A DNA stretch of 64,000 bases from Macrostomum lignano (GCA_002269645.1 NIVC01002170.1:1-64000), one strand, 5' to 3'; shown: positions 12,793 through 32,439, counted from the first letter of the stretch. A program made the numbers and translations. The notes: generated from the sequence alone by a model not told the origin.

Positions 12793-15700
12793 ATCGCCCT
12801 TTAAATCCCAGTGAAGAATCGCCCTCTTAATCCCCAGTGAGGACTCGCTCTCCCAATCCCCAGTGAAGAATCGCCCTCAATCTCCAGTGAAGAATCGCCC
12901 TCAATCCCCAGTGAAGAATCGCCCTCTCAATCCCCAGTGAAGAATCGCCCTCAATCCCCAGTGAAGAATCGCCCTCAATCCCCAGTGAAGAATCGCCCTC
13001 AATCCCCAGTGAAGAATCGCTCTCCCAATCCCCAGTGAAGAATCGCCCTCAATCCCCAGTGAAGAATCGCCCTCAATCCCCAGTGAAGAATCGCCCTCAA
13101 CCCCAGTGAAGAATCGCCCTCAATCCCCAGTGAAGAATAGCCCTCAATCCCCAGTGAAGAATCGCCCTCAAATCCCCAGTGAACAATCGCCCCCAAATCC
13201 CCAGTGAAGAATCGTCCTCAATCCCCAGTGAAGAATCGCCCTCAAATCCCCAGTGAACAATCGCCCCCAAATCCCCAGTGAAGAATCGTCCTCAATCCCC
13301 AGTGAAGAATCGCCCCCAAATCCCCAGTGAAGAATCGCCCCCAAATCCCCAGTGAAGAATCGCCCTCAATCCCCAGTGAAGAATCGCTCTCCCAATCCCC
13401 AGTGAAGAATCGCCCTCTCAATCCCCTGTGAAGAATCGCCCTCAATCCCCAGTGAAGAATCGCCCTCTCAATCCCCAGTGAAGAATCGCCCACTCAATCC
13501 CCAGTAAAGAATCGCCCACTCAATCCCCAGTGAAGAATCGCCCACTCAATCCCCAGTAAAGAATCGCCCTCTCAATCCCCAGTGAAGAATCGCCCACTCA
13601 ATCCCCAGTGAAGAATCGCCCTCTCAATCCCCAGTGAAGAATCGCCCCCTCAATCCCCAGTGAGGAATCGCTCTCAATCCCCAGTGAAGAATCGCCCTCT
13701 CAATCCCCAGTGAAGAATCGCCCTCAATCCCCAGTGAGGAATCGCCCCCTCAATCCCCAGTGAGGAATCGCTCTCAATCCCCAGTGAAGAATCGCCCTCT
13801 CAATCCCCAGTGAAGAATCGCCCTCTCAATCCCCAGTGAAGAATCGCCCTCTCAATCCCCAGTGAAGAATCGCCCTCTCAATCCCCAGTGAAGAATCGCC
13901 CTCTCAATCCCCAGTGAAGAATCGCCCCCTCAATCCCCAGTGAGGAATCGCTCTCAATCCCCAGTGAAGAATCGCTCTCAATCCCCAGTGAAGAATCGCC
14001 CTCAATCCCCAGTGAGAATCGCTCTCAATCCCCAGTGAAGAATCGCCCTCAATCCCCAGTAAAGAATCGCCCTCTCAATCCCCAGTGAAGAATCGCTCTC
14101 AATCCCCAGTGAAGAATCGCCCTCAATCCCCAGTGAAGAATCGCTCTCCCAATCCCCAGTGAAGAATCGCCCTCAATCCCCAGTGAAGAATCGCCCTCAA
14201 ATCCCCAGTGAAGAATCGCCCTCAATCCCCAGTGAAGAATCGTCCTCAATCCCCAGTGAAGAATCGCCCCCAAATCCCCAGTGAAGAATCGCCCCCAAAT
14301 CCCCAGTGAAGAATCGCCCTCTCAATCCCCAGTGAAGAATCGCCCCCTCAATCCCCAGTGAGGAATCGCCCTCTCAATCCCCAGTGAAGAATCGCCCTCT
14401 CAATCCCCAGTGAAGAATCGCCCCCTCAATCCCCAGTGAGGAATCGCTCTCAATCCCCAGTGAAGAATCGCCCTCTCAATCCCCAGTGAAGAATCGCCCT
14501 CAATCCCCAGTGAAGAATCGCCCTCTCAATCCCCAGTGAAGAATCGCCCACTCAATCCCCAGTAAAGAATCGCCCTCTCAATCCCCAGTGAAGAATCGCC
14601 CACTCAATCCCCAGTGAAGAATCGCCCACTCAATCCCCAGTAAAGAATCGCCCTCTCAATCCCCAGTGAAGAATCGCCCTCTCAATCCCCAGTGAAGAAT
14701 CGCCCACTCAATCCCCAGTGAAGAATCGCCCTCTCAATCCCCAGTGAAGAATCGCCCCCTCAATCCCCAGTGAAGAATCGCCCTCAATCCCCAGTGAAGA
14801 ATCGCCCTCAATCCCCAGTGAAGAATCGCTCTCCCAATCCCCAGTGAAGAATCGCCCTCAATCCCCAGTGAAGAATCGCCCTCAATCCCCAGTGAAGAAT
14901 CGCCCTCAACCGCAGTGAAGAATCGCCCTCAATCCCCAGTGAAGAATAGCCCTCAATCCCCAGTGAAGAATCGCCCTCAATCCCCAGTGAAGAATCGCTC
15001 TCCCAATCCCCAGTGAAGAATCGCCCTCTCAATCCCCAGTGAAGAATCGCCCTCTCAATCCCCAGTGAAGAATCGCCCTCTCAATCCCCAGTGAAGAATC
15101 GCCCTCTCAATCCCCAGTGAAGAATCGCCCTCTCAATCCCCAGTGAAGAATCGCCCCCTCAATCCCCAGTGAGGAATCGCTCTCAATCCCCAGTGAAGAA
15201 TCGCCCTCAATCCCCAGTGAAGAATCGCCCTCAAATCCCCAGTGAAGAATCGCCCTCAATCCCCAGTGAAGAATCGTCCTCAATCCCCAGTGAAGAATCG
15301 CCCCCAAATCCCCAGTGAAGAATCGCCCCCAAATCCCCAGTGAAGAATCGCCCTCTCAATCCCCAGTGAAGAATCGCCCCCTCAATCCCCAGTGAGGAAT
15401 CGCCCTCTCAATCCCCAGTGAAGAATCGCCCTCAATCCCCAGTGAGGAATCGCCCCCTCAATCCCCAGTGAGGAATCGCTCTCAATCCCCAGTGAAGAAT
15501 CGCCCTCTCAATCCCCAGTGAAGAATCGCCCTCTCAATCCCCAGTGAAGAATCGCCCCCTCAATCCCCAGTGAGGAATCGCCCTCTCAATCCCCAGTGAA
15601 GAATCGCCCCCTCAATCCCCAGTGAGGAATCGCTCTCAATCCCCAGTGAAGAATCGCTCTCAATCCCCAGTGAAGAATCGCCCTCAATCCCCAGTGAGGA

Positions 15701-16220
15701 ATCGCTCTCAATCCCCAGTGAAGAATCGCCCTCAATCCCCAGTAAAGAATCGCCCTCTCAATCCCCAGTGAAGAATCGCTCTCAATCCCCAGTGAAGAAT
15801 CGCCCTCAAATCCCCAGTGAAGAATCGCCCTCAATCCCCAGTGAAGAATCGCCCTCAATCCCCAGTGAAGAATCGCCCTCAATCCCCAGTGAAGAATCGT
15901 CCTCAATCCCCAGTGAAGAATCGCCCCCAAATCCCCAGTGAAGAATCGCCCCCAAATCCCCAGTGAAGAATCGCTCTCAATCCCCAGTAAAGAATCGCCC
16001 TCTCAATCCCCAGTGAAGAATCGCCCCCAAATCCCCAGTGAAGAATCGCCCTCAATCCCCAGTGAAGAATCGCTCTCCCAATCCCCAGTGAACAATCGCC
16101 CCCAAATCCCCAGTGAAGAATCGCCCTCAATCCCCAGTGAAGAAACGCTCTCCCAATCCCCAGTGAACAATCGCCCCCAAATCCCCAGTGAAGAATCGCC
16201 CTCAATCCCCAGTGAAGAAG
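12793..16220. repeat. 24-26-bp satellite array (~3.4 kb) downstream of RPIA
   Basis: Unit aatcgccc(tc)tcaatccccagtgaag with length variants, about 135 copies. Confidence 0.98.
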
Positions 16221-16345
16221 CAAGTTATGCGGTTCTGTCAAGACTCAATAGGTAATCAATATCTATGATGTGAACGTTGGCTTGTCATGATTGATTTAAA
16301 GCACCTGTTGTATCAATATCAATTGTGTCGTTCTGTGCTCAACAA

Positions 16346-17215
16346 TTAATCGTATAGTTGGTATTTTATTTCTGTATCCCCATGCGGACATTTCAACTTT
16401 TGGACAGGCCGCCATTTATTTTGATCAGTTTGTTTCAAGCGAGCCGCCCGTTTATAAATGTTTAAACTTCTCGTTGCGTTCCATTTTATCGTGTGCATTC
16501 TGCGAAATTCTTGTTGTGTCAAGTCCGTCAGTCTTGTTGAGCTGTCCTAAATAATGCAATTTTCATAAATTTATTGGTGCATTATTTGATCTTATTTTTG
16601 TTATACTTTTTCCCCACGCTTTCGATTTTGTGTGTAAATATCCATTAATATATAGTTTGTTCGGTCCTTGGAAATTTCTTTGTTGGTATAGGGCAGGGGT
16701 AGGCAAACTTATTCGCCTTTGCAGGTCTGATGAGAGGAAAATAGAATAGTTAAGAGAGAATCTAAGAGACGCAAACATAAGCGCTTCGAGTATTGTGATG
16801 TTTCAAAGGAACTAAGGCCTCTGCAGACCAGAGTTTGCCGACCCCTGATATTTAGGGAAAGAGCTTAAAAGCTGTAGCATTTCTAAAAAGCTAACAATAT
16901 GAAGTTAGGGTCTATCTAATTACGACTATGTAATTAGTAGTGAGGTCCCAGGTATGCTGTTTTTTGTGCCTCGCGGCAGTATTCTCTCTTGTAGTGTCCG
17001 CGCCAATCTTTTAATTATTCTCTCTGCTTCTTTTAAAACGCTTTCTCTTTCATCTTTTCCTGTGACCGTTTGTGCTTGCTTTTGTCTGATTGACAATCCG
17101 CTTCTTGTGATGCACTTTTCAATAAACTGATCGATCCAGGCCATTTTGATGGACAACTGGTTTAAGACAATGTTTTGTGACCTTCGCCTTCTATAAGCTG
17201 CTTTTATTGCTGCTT
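16346..17215 (-). pseudogene. Possible degraded coding remnant (perhaps a LINE ORF2 C-terminal part), interrupted by a MITE
   Basis: Two open minus-strand segments: ~16926-17215 (REAAIKAAYRRRRSQNIVLNQLSIKMAWIDQFIEKCITRSGLS...) and 16346-16546 (DSSTRLTDLTQQEFRRMHTIKWNATRSLNIYKRAARLKQ...). The resemblance to the post-RT region of LINEs is only a loose impression. Confidence 0.25.
16694..16847. mobile_element. hAT (Charlie-like) MITE, family A copy 1
   Basis: TIRs caggggtaggcaaact ... agtttgccgacccctg (15/16 match). No clean 8-bp TSD. Confidence 0.7.
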
Positions 17216-17234
17216 CCCTCCCAGCCGCCCTCTC

Positions 17235-18072
17235 AGCCCCTCAGTTGCTGGGCCACCACAGCCCTCCCAGATCCTCAGCTGCTGGGCCAGCCTCCCAGAT
17301 CCTCAGCTGCTGGGCCAGCCTCCCAGACCCTCAGCTGCTGGGCCAGCCTCCCAGATCCTCAGCTGCTGGGCCAGCCTCCCAGAACCTCAGCTGCTGTGCC
17401 AGCCTCCCAGTTCCTTAGCTGCTGGGCCAGCCTCCCAGACCCTCAGCTGCTGTGCCAGCCTCCCAGTTCCTCAGCTGCTGTGCCAGCCTCCCAGTTCCTC
17501 AGCTGCTGGGCCAGCCTCCCAGATTCTCGGTCTCTGGGCCAGCCTCCCAGATTCTCAGCTGCTGGGCCAGCCTCCCAGACCCTCAGCTGCTGTGCCAGCC
17601 TCCCAGTTCCTCAGCTGCTGGGCCAGCCTCCCAGATTCTCGGTCTCTGGGCCAGCCTCCCAGATTCTCAGCTGCTGGGCCAGCCTCCCAGACCCTCAGCT
17701 GCTGTGCCAGCCTCCCAGTTCCTCAGCTGCTGTGCCAGCCTCCCAGTTCCTCAGCTGCTGGGCCAGCCTCCCAGATTCTCGGTCTCTGGGCCAGCCTCCC
17801 AGATTCTCAGCTGCTGGGCCAGCCTCCCAGACCCTCAGCTGCTGTGCCAGCCTCCCAGTTCCTCAGCTGCTGTGCCAGCCTCCCAGTTCCTCAGCTGCTG
17901 GGCCAGCCTCCCAGATTCTCGGTCTCTGGGCCAGCCTCCCAGATTCTCGGTCTCTGGGCCAGCCTCCCAGATTCTCAGCTGCTGGGCCAGCCTCCCAGAC
18001 CCTCAGCTGCTGGGCCAGCCTCCCAGTTCCTCAGCTGCTGGGCCAGCCTCCCAGATCCTCAGTTGCTCGGCC
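17235..18072. repeat. 28-bp GC-rich minisatellite (~30 copies)
   Basis: Unit gggccagcctcccagatcctcagctgct with variants (tgtgcc, ttctcggtctct). It generates the spurious 200-307 aa ORFs. Confidence 0.97.
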
Positions 18073-18666
18073 AGCGCCGGCTTCCCAAATCGTCAGATGA
18101 TAGTATAAATGATGAAGTCATTATAACCGAAAAATATGAATTAAAATGTTGGGAAACAATTCTGTTTCTCAATAGCAAGCTGTTTCTGACCTGAAACTGA
18201 CAGCTGTGCGCAGCTTTGAAGTTGTATTTAAGATACCTGTACGAGTATGATGGATTTTGTGCAACTGCAGAGGCAAACGGGAAAAATTGTGCGAAATTAT
18301 TGTGTTTTGCAACAAAAATATTTCATGATATCGTTTGTTAACCGGTGAGGGAGAAAAATATAAAAATAGCATTTAACTTCAAAACGGCGCCCGTCACAAG
18401 TAGAGTCGGTTGGCATTTCATAATAAACATTTTGTAACACTCTGCAATAATCACAGACTTTGTGACCGGTTGAAAAAAATAGTTTTTCTTTCACTCTTAT
18501 TTACTATGTTTTACTTATTTTAAAGATGAATTAACCGCACCGCTAACACCATTAAATATTTTTGAAGCAGACGAAGCGACTAGATGAAGACTAGATTTGG
18601 ACTTGAAAGTGGGATCAAAATTTCTAATCTATAGGAATATTAATATCTATGCATATCGATATACTG

Positions 18667-18838
18667 CAGGGGTCGGCAAACTCTGGCTTGCGAATCCCGC
18701 TTAAGGCTTGTCTCTTAGCTGTCTTCCTCATCTCATCTCTCATCTATTCCCTCTCCATTCCTCTCTCATCTGGCCCGCAGCCATGAGCTGGATTCTCTAT
18801 CTGGTCCTTGATGAGGTAAAACAGTTTGCCGACCCCTG
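18667..18838. mobile_element. hAT (Charlie-like) MITE, family A copy 2 (172 bp)
   Basis: Perfect 16-bp TIR caggggtcggcaaact / agtttgccgacccctg. Exact 8-bp TSD atatactg at 18659-18666 and 18839-18846. Confidence 0.92.
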
Positions 18839-19043
18839 ATATACTGTAAGCTAAGATATGTAGCTAATCTATAGCTCGTTTTAGTAGACAGCAGATTGAA
18901 ACATGTATCGAAGTAAGAAGATAGACAGAGGGACAGGATAAGCAGTTGATATGAGAATAGCTTTGTGCTTTACAGACAGCCAACCTTTATGTGCAATAAA
19001 GGCGCATGCAGTAGCTAAGCATGGGAGAGGTCAGTTGGCTAGT

Positions 19044-24663
<5,620 letters not shown>

Positions 24664-27219
24664 TTGCCTACTTAAAAAAAGATTGGTCAATTGTAATCTG
24701 CAAGCTTGCAAAGTAAAGCTGTTTTAATTAGAGTGGAATTATTGGTTAGAATGGACAGTTGGATTCTAGCGGGTGTCGGAAAAGCATTTAATAGCTCAGC
24801 AGCGACAGCAGCAGCAGCAGGTCGCGCACGGTCGCAAAGCCGAGATCCTGATTCATATTCGAATAATTATTGCTCCTCATCTGAGGATTCCTCTGTCGGG
24901 TGTTACTGTCGATTCTCAACAAGCTGAACTGTTAGACACAACTATGGGGGGGGGACAGGAAGGCAACACTAAAGGGGAGCAGTCAACTTTCCCCTAGGGA
25001 GAGCGGTACGGCAGCAAATATATAGCGGCACTGCAACACTTCCTGTAAGCTGGGGCAAGGGGGAGGAAATCAATCAGTTAGTTAATCGATTTTCGGATCT
25101 AGCCAAGAAACCTCTGCAACTCCCCGCCTTCCCCCCATTGTTGAACACTGTGCAAGCGAGAGAAGAACAGGAAATGGAAAATATGAGGAAGAAAGCCATA
25201 TCGATTTTCTAACCCAAGCGATTGATTTTTTGTATGCGGATTAATTTCCTCTACCTAAGAGTCCCCAGTTCGCGGTCCTGCCTTCCCCATACCTGTCCGC
25301 CTCTAAATAGTGCTGCTAATCCCTAGTGCGCGGCGTACGATTCCCCAAAAGTGCTTGACTATTACCAATCGCCAGCAGTGCAGTTTTTTGTTGAAAATAG
25401 AGAAAATGAAAAGAAAATGAGAGCAATGTATACTAATGCGAATATACTATAAAGTCATAGGCTATTTTGTCCAGTAGTGGCAGTAGTAGGGATAAGACTC
25501 AATCGACCACTGCAGCTTTTTCTCATAGATTTTTGCTACTACTTATAGTAACTAAATACGTTTCAGCTACCCAAATTGTTGAGCGAAATAAATTTGAAAG
25601 GAGAGAAACGAAGGAAATTGTAACCCATTATCTGCTAAAAACTTGTTAAAGCCATATGACCCTTGAACACTTAAAACAACTGAGAAATTCCCTTAATTCT
25701 CATTTGAGCGCTTAGTCAACAGAGAAATTCTCCCTTGATTGGTTGGCTACTTGGAGAATTTCCCTCTGAGCAATTGCTCACATGAGAACTTCCCTTTGAA
25801 AACTTGGGTCATATGAGAATCCCTATTGAGCACTGGCCATTTGAGAAATTCCGCTGGGAACCCATCTAAAATTTCGAAAATTGGTGTTTTATTCTATTAT
25901 TTAAGCTATTGGGAAATTCAAATACAATCGTAGAATGCAACATTTTAGCGAAAACAGCAAAACCAGATAAAAATATTAAAGGCATAATTTATTTTATTTT
26001 GTCTGCATCCGACTACTTAAGCAGGAGAAGCAAATTAAATAACTAGACAGGATACTGAACGTCAGCTAAAATCCTGGATATTATAAGACAGGATATCCCC
26101 TAGACACGAAGTCCAGGACCTGGGTAAGCTAGTCAAGCAAGCCAGCATCTCAATGGAATGCAGCCTACTATAAGAGAATTAATAGAAAAGACAAGCAATT
26201 CCAAAGAAACGACTGCAAATATTAATTTTCTTCGAATGTCAAGACACAAAGCTGCGATTCTTTTCATTTAAACGCTGTAACAGGCGCGCACTGAGCCAGC
26301 TCGAGTAGATAAGAGAGAGAGAGATACTTGAAAACAAGGGGGCATTGAATATATGCTTTTACTGAGCACTGCTCAAACACAAGCATTTCTCTGCAAACTA
26401 TTCACCTCTCTCCCTGCCTCATGCCGCCAGATGCCCCTCACCCGTACGCTTCAACTGTATTATTCTAGGCAGCTATTTCGCTCACTTTAATAATAATAAT
26501 AATAAACTGCAGGGCCAACACGTGCAACAAAAGGCACGCACGCGCCGGCACTGGCTGCACCCTCACCTACCGCTAGCTTCGAGATTTGCGTATGCAGCCC
26601 CTCTAATCTATTATCATTATTACTACTACTATTCCATAGCCTCTAGATTGCCGTCTTGGTAGGGAAAAGGAATTCTAAATATAGACACGAGCGTATTTTA
26701 GTCAAATAAGCTACCTAATCTAACACAACCACCACGAATTTACGATACAAGGCAGCCGCTAATCCTAGTACTAGTAAATTAGCCCCATTTTTAGACAGCC
26801 CAGGGACTCCAGAGGCGCACTGCCTGTCTGCCTGCCTTACCTGTGCAAAGCCAGGGCCTATAGATATTAGATATAAATTTGTTTTTATCATATTTGACTT
26901 ACAAAAAAACACGATCTATTATGACAAATGTAAGCCGAGACAACGAAAAACAGAACAGGATATTTAAGAAGTGTTAGCCCAGGCCCAAGCTCAAGCATTA
27001 GGATCGTGACATGGATTCAAGGCATTTCGAATTTCAACGAAAACACACTAATAACTAGGCTTATAGCCCGCAGTAGCCGTCTGTTGTTTTTCCATTTCTA
27101 GATAAGCTACTTATTATTGACAGAAAAGTAACACCATAGCGCGGTACTCAAGTCACGCACACATTTAAAAATTGCCTCACAACCAGTGCTGGGGCAATCT
27201 GCCCATTCCGCTGACTGCT

Positions 27220-27322
27220 GAGCGCATACAAGCGCGCCAGTACTGTACTCAGGCACGCACTCATGCACACGCTCACGCAGGGTGTACAGCGGCCCTGACT
27301 TTCTGATGCTCAGACATGTACA
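27220..27322. repeat. Dispersed repeat with an inverted homologue at ~51451-51555
   Basis: The reverse complement (tacatgtctgagcatcagaaagtcagggccgctgtacaccctgcgtgagcgtgtgcatgagtgcgtgcc...) aligns by eye at roughly 85% to 51451-51555 (tacatgtctgaggatcagaaagtcagagccgctgtacaccctgggtgagcgtgtgtatgagtgcgtgcc...). Confidence 0.85.
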
Positions 27323-30300
27323 CTCTCTGTGCCCTTTGAGGTTGGCTCTTATCATCCTTATGGCTTTGAATCGCACGACAACCTCCTCGGGCCAATTTTT
27401 GCGCACGCAAGCCACAGTTGAACCTGGGGTCATAGGCGACAAATTTATTGCAATCTCTGCCCTCAATTATCTTGTATAAGTGAAATAAGAAATACTATTT
27501 TGAACTTCCTTGCTAGGTCTGAGAACCATTCTGACCATTTGTAACTATTTCCTATCGTCCAAGCTTTCAAACATGCATATGAGCACTAGTCTGTTTGTCT
27601 TTTTTTAGGAAGTAGTTTTCTAAAAAAATCAAAGTTTATAAATCTAAAAAATTCCTAATTTTGCTATTAAGGAGTACCTATCAGCATGCTAAAGTATGTA
27701 TTATTCTATTAGGGAGCAACCAAGACATTTAGTAAGGAGAGATTTGATTTTTAAGAAAAAAATTTTTCTGATAGCTATTTGCATTCTTTTTACACACATA
27801 ACTGAATGCATTTGAATCAACCATTTTTTACCATCCTTAAATTTTTGCATTAAAATCTATAATGGACAGAAATTTATATATAAATTGGGCTTACCCCTAA
27901 CCTATGTTAAACCTTCCTAGAGTGCAGCTTATATACTTAAATGGCATACTATAAAAATAATCACTAAGAAGAATTAGGCGAAAGCTTAGACTTACATTGT
28001 ATACAAGTTGTCAGATGTTGGTCTTGTCTTGATTCTTTCGTAGGTGTAGGTGATGAATGATAACCTTCAAGACAAGTGCCACAACCGATCAAAGTAGATA
28101 CTGCATCACAGCTGATTACAAATCGATGAAGAGCTTGGCAAGCTGACAATATTGGACAATCACTTAAAAAATTACCATGATCCTTTACTTTACTGAGTTG
28201 ATACTTGCTATCTACAATGGGAATTGAAAAGTATATTTAGACCAAACATATTACTTGTAAACAATTAAAAAACACTGATTTTGGTTATTTTATGTTTGTT
28301 GGAGTTATAAGCCCTAGAATTAGGCATTTAACTTATTGTCTATTATTAAAAAGGTAATAAAAAAAAATAGTACTAGGTTTTATTTTTCAAAATTCTCTTT
28401 TTGCTTTTTATTACCAAAGCATTTTAAAATTGATTAACAAGAAGGCATATCTAATTCTAATAGGCCCCTAAGAAAGAGAAAAATGGAAAGGAAGAATTAA
28501 GTTTATTCTTTTAAAAAGACTATCTAAATCCTCAAAACAACTAATAACAATTTTAATTATTAGTTATATAATAATGACATTTACCTTCATTAATGGTTTA
28601 TTAAATGTTACTATGCAATGTGGCATATAAAAATTCTCCAATGGAAATGTCCTAGTTTTGCATGTTTAAATATTTTGATGGCATATTACAAAAAAAACAA
28701 TTTTATAAAGATATATTTAAGTCAATTAAGATATATTAAAGCATTAAAAATAGCATTATATATATAATAACACAATTGGTCACCCAATATAGTAAATTTC
28801 CAAAAAAATTGCTCAAGTATAAATTTAAAAGGTCAATCACATTACTGGTTCTATTCTGCTACTAGCTATAGAAATTTACTTTCATAAGCAAAGTTTAAAA
28901 CTTGACCATTTTAAAGATCAATGTACATACATTTTAAAATATACTTACTTTACTGTTAGTCTGTTTGCGTAAAACTTTAAATGAAAGTAATTCAACATCA
29001 GGAAACTAGTTCATTACCATAGGAGCATATCAATATATTGAAATTACATTGCATCATACTGTCAAAACTCAAAATAATTTAATTTAGGACATTCTACTCC
29101 AACCAATTGAAAAATAATAATAAAAATACAATCTCACAAATTTTTCTTACCCTCTATTAATTGCTCGGAATGTGCAGTAATAGTTAGTACAAATAAGAGT
29201 ATTACTTTTGTTGTTGGATTGGTAACCAACAACATTGCATTGGGTTGGGTTGAGATAGGCCTATACTGCTTATGGTACAGACGAATCCATAAAATTCTAA
29301 AATAAATTTTAGAACTGAATACTTAGTTATTTAAACACAAAAATTTACTCTCGAATCGTCCTTACAAGCGCATTAAAACTACTATGAGTTACCCTGATTT
29401 TTTAATGAAATATCAATATCGTGCGCGCGTGGGCTAAGGAGGTCCAAATTTAAACACGTACGAAAAAATTGTGGAAATAGTAACTTGTTAAAACAAAAAC
29501 TGTACATAGTTAAAAACACTTCTCGTTTCCATCACTTAGCCAAAGAAAACAGTTTTATGTAAACAATATAAATATAACAGTCGCAGACAACTAAACTTTC
29601 TGTATTCTTAATCCACGAACACTATTAATTTTCGTGTTAGAGGAGAATCTGCGAAGTTTAGATTGAAAAGTTCAACACTGGAACTGAAGTCCGTAAAAAT
29701 TCTCTAGGTAAAACTATAGTCCATCAGTTTCATCTCATTTAAACTGCAATCATGCATAAATTTCCTCTCCGTGAAAATCAATCCATAAAAATCCCTTCAG
29801 TGAGAAGTGGCAAGAAATTGTTCAGGAAGCAATCTTCTGCAAGATATGCTCGGCAAGCACAATGGACTTCTAAATAATCATAAACATAATTTTCCAGCAT
29901 AATCAATATATATAATTTCATCCCCAACACCAGGGGCATTGCAATTTGAACGCAGAACACTTGTCACCGGCCCACCCTCCAATGCGCATGCATGTATAGC
30001 TATAGTCGTCTGGATCTCCTCTCTACCAATTGTAAAATCATACCAGCACCCAGGGACACCGAAAAAGCTTGATTAGGATTTGACTTGAAATTCCGATTGT
30101 AAAAAACCCTGCGCGGGAAAACCTCGGAAGGAAAAACTCGCGCGGGAAACCTCGTCGAGAACTTCCTGCGGGAAATTCGATCTCCTCGTGTTCCCGCTGT
30201 AATCTTGTTCTTGTAAATTTATTTCTTCGATAGTTTACATTTGTACTTTACATGTACATATCTATAAAATGTAGGTATTCAATCATCCAAGTCCTTTAAT

Positions 30301-31835
30301 TGCGTTACCAAGATTTATTAGGGTCCACATTCTGTATGTCTTTCTGAGATCTTACTTTCGCCTCAGCCGGGCTGCATGGAATAGTTTCGTGATAAAAACG
30401 TTTTTTTGTATCTCCGCGGTGTATTTTTCCAGCAAATGGGCTCCCTAAAATACACAATCTTTGAGTTTTACATCCTATCATCAGTAGTCCTTTTGGTACT
30501 GTTTACATAAAGTTTAATCTGATGCAACACTATATATTCTGTAAAAAATGATATATATATAAGTTCATGTACAAGTGACTATTTAATTAATCTATAAAAA
30601 TACGTTAGAAAAAGAGAAGTCAGAATAGTATCTTAAAAAGTCTACCGTAGTTTGTATTAATATTAACGTGCGCACTGAGTTTGTTTTATTTTTTATCACG
30701 AAAACTTTTTAAGCGCCGGACAAACGATAATTGGACCTAATGGTTTGGATATTACAGTATTAAATATACTTAAATAAATCTGCATCTCAATTGTCAAGTC
30801 TTCAAAATGAAGTGCTTACACAAGTTTATCGGGTGATCTCTCTCAATTGGACTTTTTTTATTTGCTTTGAAACATCTCAACTAGAAATGAATAGGCCTAT
30901 AATGGTGTTAATTACTGAATAATTACTGAATCACTGAATAACTGAATAATTACTGAACTGAAGAAAAATCATAGTATCAAAGTTGTTAGTTATGACAAAT
31001 GGTGTTAATTAAACTAAAAATTATTTTTTTCTAGATTTTTCAGTACTTGATTATTGCTAATTAGCCATAAATGAATAAACTGCTACTGCTTGTCCAGATG
31101 TTGTATCCAAAATAGTTAATGAATATTTTATAGTATTTTAAATTTAAATCAATGAACCAGACAGTAATTTTAGACATTTTATTTATAATATTGTTATAGA
31201 AGTGTTAAGTCTAACCAAACACAATCTTTCTTATTTTAAATATTAATAAAAAATTGTCTATGGTGAGAACTTGCTTGGCATAACTTTGGTTTTTCACTCT
31301 AAATTATTTTCTAGATTTTTTCAAACTTTTATAGTATATAAGATTTAAACATAAAAAGTAAAGTCACAGAATAAAAAAGTCAATAAGTCCCATATAGTAT
31401 TCCAAAGCAGGAAAGTGTAGCAGTTGATAAGTTGCCTATCTGTAAATTCCAGAAAATAACCCAGAATGCCAAAGAATAATAATGCTAGAAAAAAAACAGA
31501 AAATAATATTTAAAGTGAGAGATCAAAGTTATGCTAATAAATTAAGATATTATAATCAATACTTTCTTCATTTTTTACTATTATTATAGTTTATACTTTT
31601 AAAATAATTTATAATTATCTACTAGAAAGAATGCCTAACTAGAGTATTCATTATATTATATACTAGACAATTATTTGAGTTTTATAATAAAAAACAAAAA
31701 TTATAATTTTGTGATAGGCCTTTTGGCTCTGTCTTTCTAAACTCATAACTATTGATGCTAGTATTTATTAAATATCCTACAAGCTGCCACCAAAGTTGTA
31801 ACAGGGCTAATTATCTTCTACTTTATCAATTTTAA

Positions 31836-31960
31836 TCCTATATACTAAAAATGAGTTGTCTGTATCTATCTATCTATCTAGCTATGCGATAGATTTCAGA
31901 AATATTGGCTCAACCGATTTTCTTTAAACTTGCACTATTCGATCAAAAATTTTCCTGGGA
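31836..31960 (+). mobile_element. Possible 5' end of a non-autonomous Helitron-like element; related fragment at ~7317-7350
   Basis: A|TCctatatactaaaaatgagttgt is followed by a (tatc)n microsatellite and aaccgattttctttaaactt, the layout of Lep1-type non-autonomous Helitrons. tatactaaaaatgagttgt and tatgcgatagatttc also occur at ~7317-7350. No convincing hairpin + CTAG 3' end was found. Confidence 0.4.
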
Positions 31961-32439
31961 CGGTACATGCATCTTGGCTAAGAAATTGCTCTATGTTAAA
32001 AGGGATTAAATATTCGAAAAACATGCTTTTTTGCAAAGGTCAAGCAAAATTTCTGACTTGAAATGCATTTTAAGAATACTAGAGAAAAAACTGACTGGCT
32101 GAATTTCAATTCTGATAAAGATTGCATCACAACAAGGTGAAAACACTGCCACAGAAATGCGCACAAGACTTGATTAAAATTGCGTAACCATATTGCTAAC
32201 TTAAATTAAGACTGATACTGGCTGACTGAGAAATTGATTATGTCATAACTTTTTACTCTAACTGACTTGCTATAAGTATTGAATTATAAGGGCCACAATT
32301 CATGTGCTCCAATTGAAAAAAGATAGCCTAGATGTGAACAGACTGGACTGCTAATGTAGCGACCTGGGTTCAAATCTTGGTAGCGCAAAATGATTTTTTA
32401 TTAAAACACCTTAAAAGCAAAAAACTGCTAAACATAAAA

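Noticed and set aside
17177-18194. 200-307 aa Pro/Ser-rich ORFs
   Set aside because: The 28-bp unit is not a multiple of 3 and all three frames are open with cyclic peptides, which marks a repeat artefact.
24706-24997. 73-74 aa plus-strand ORFs with Ala/Gln runs
   Set aside because: They come from a cag triplet run immediately upstream of the NPDC1 start on the opposite strand, probably 5' UTR or promoter, with no recognisable domain.
29962-30240. Possible solo LTR (starts tgtca, GC-richer, ends near ttaca)
   Set aside because: No matching 4-6-bp TSD at the candidate ends and no second copy in the window.
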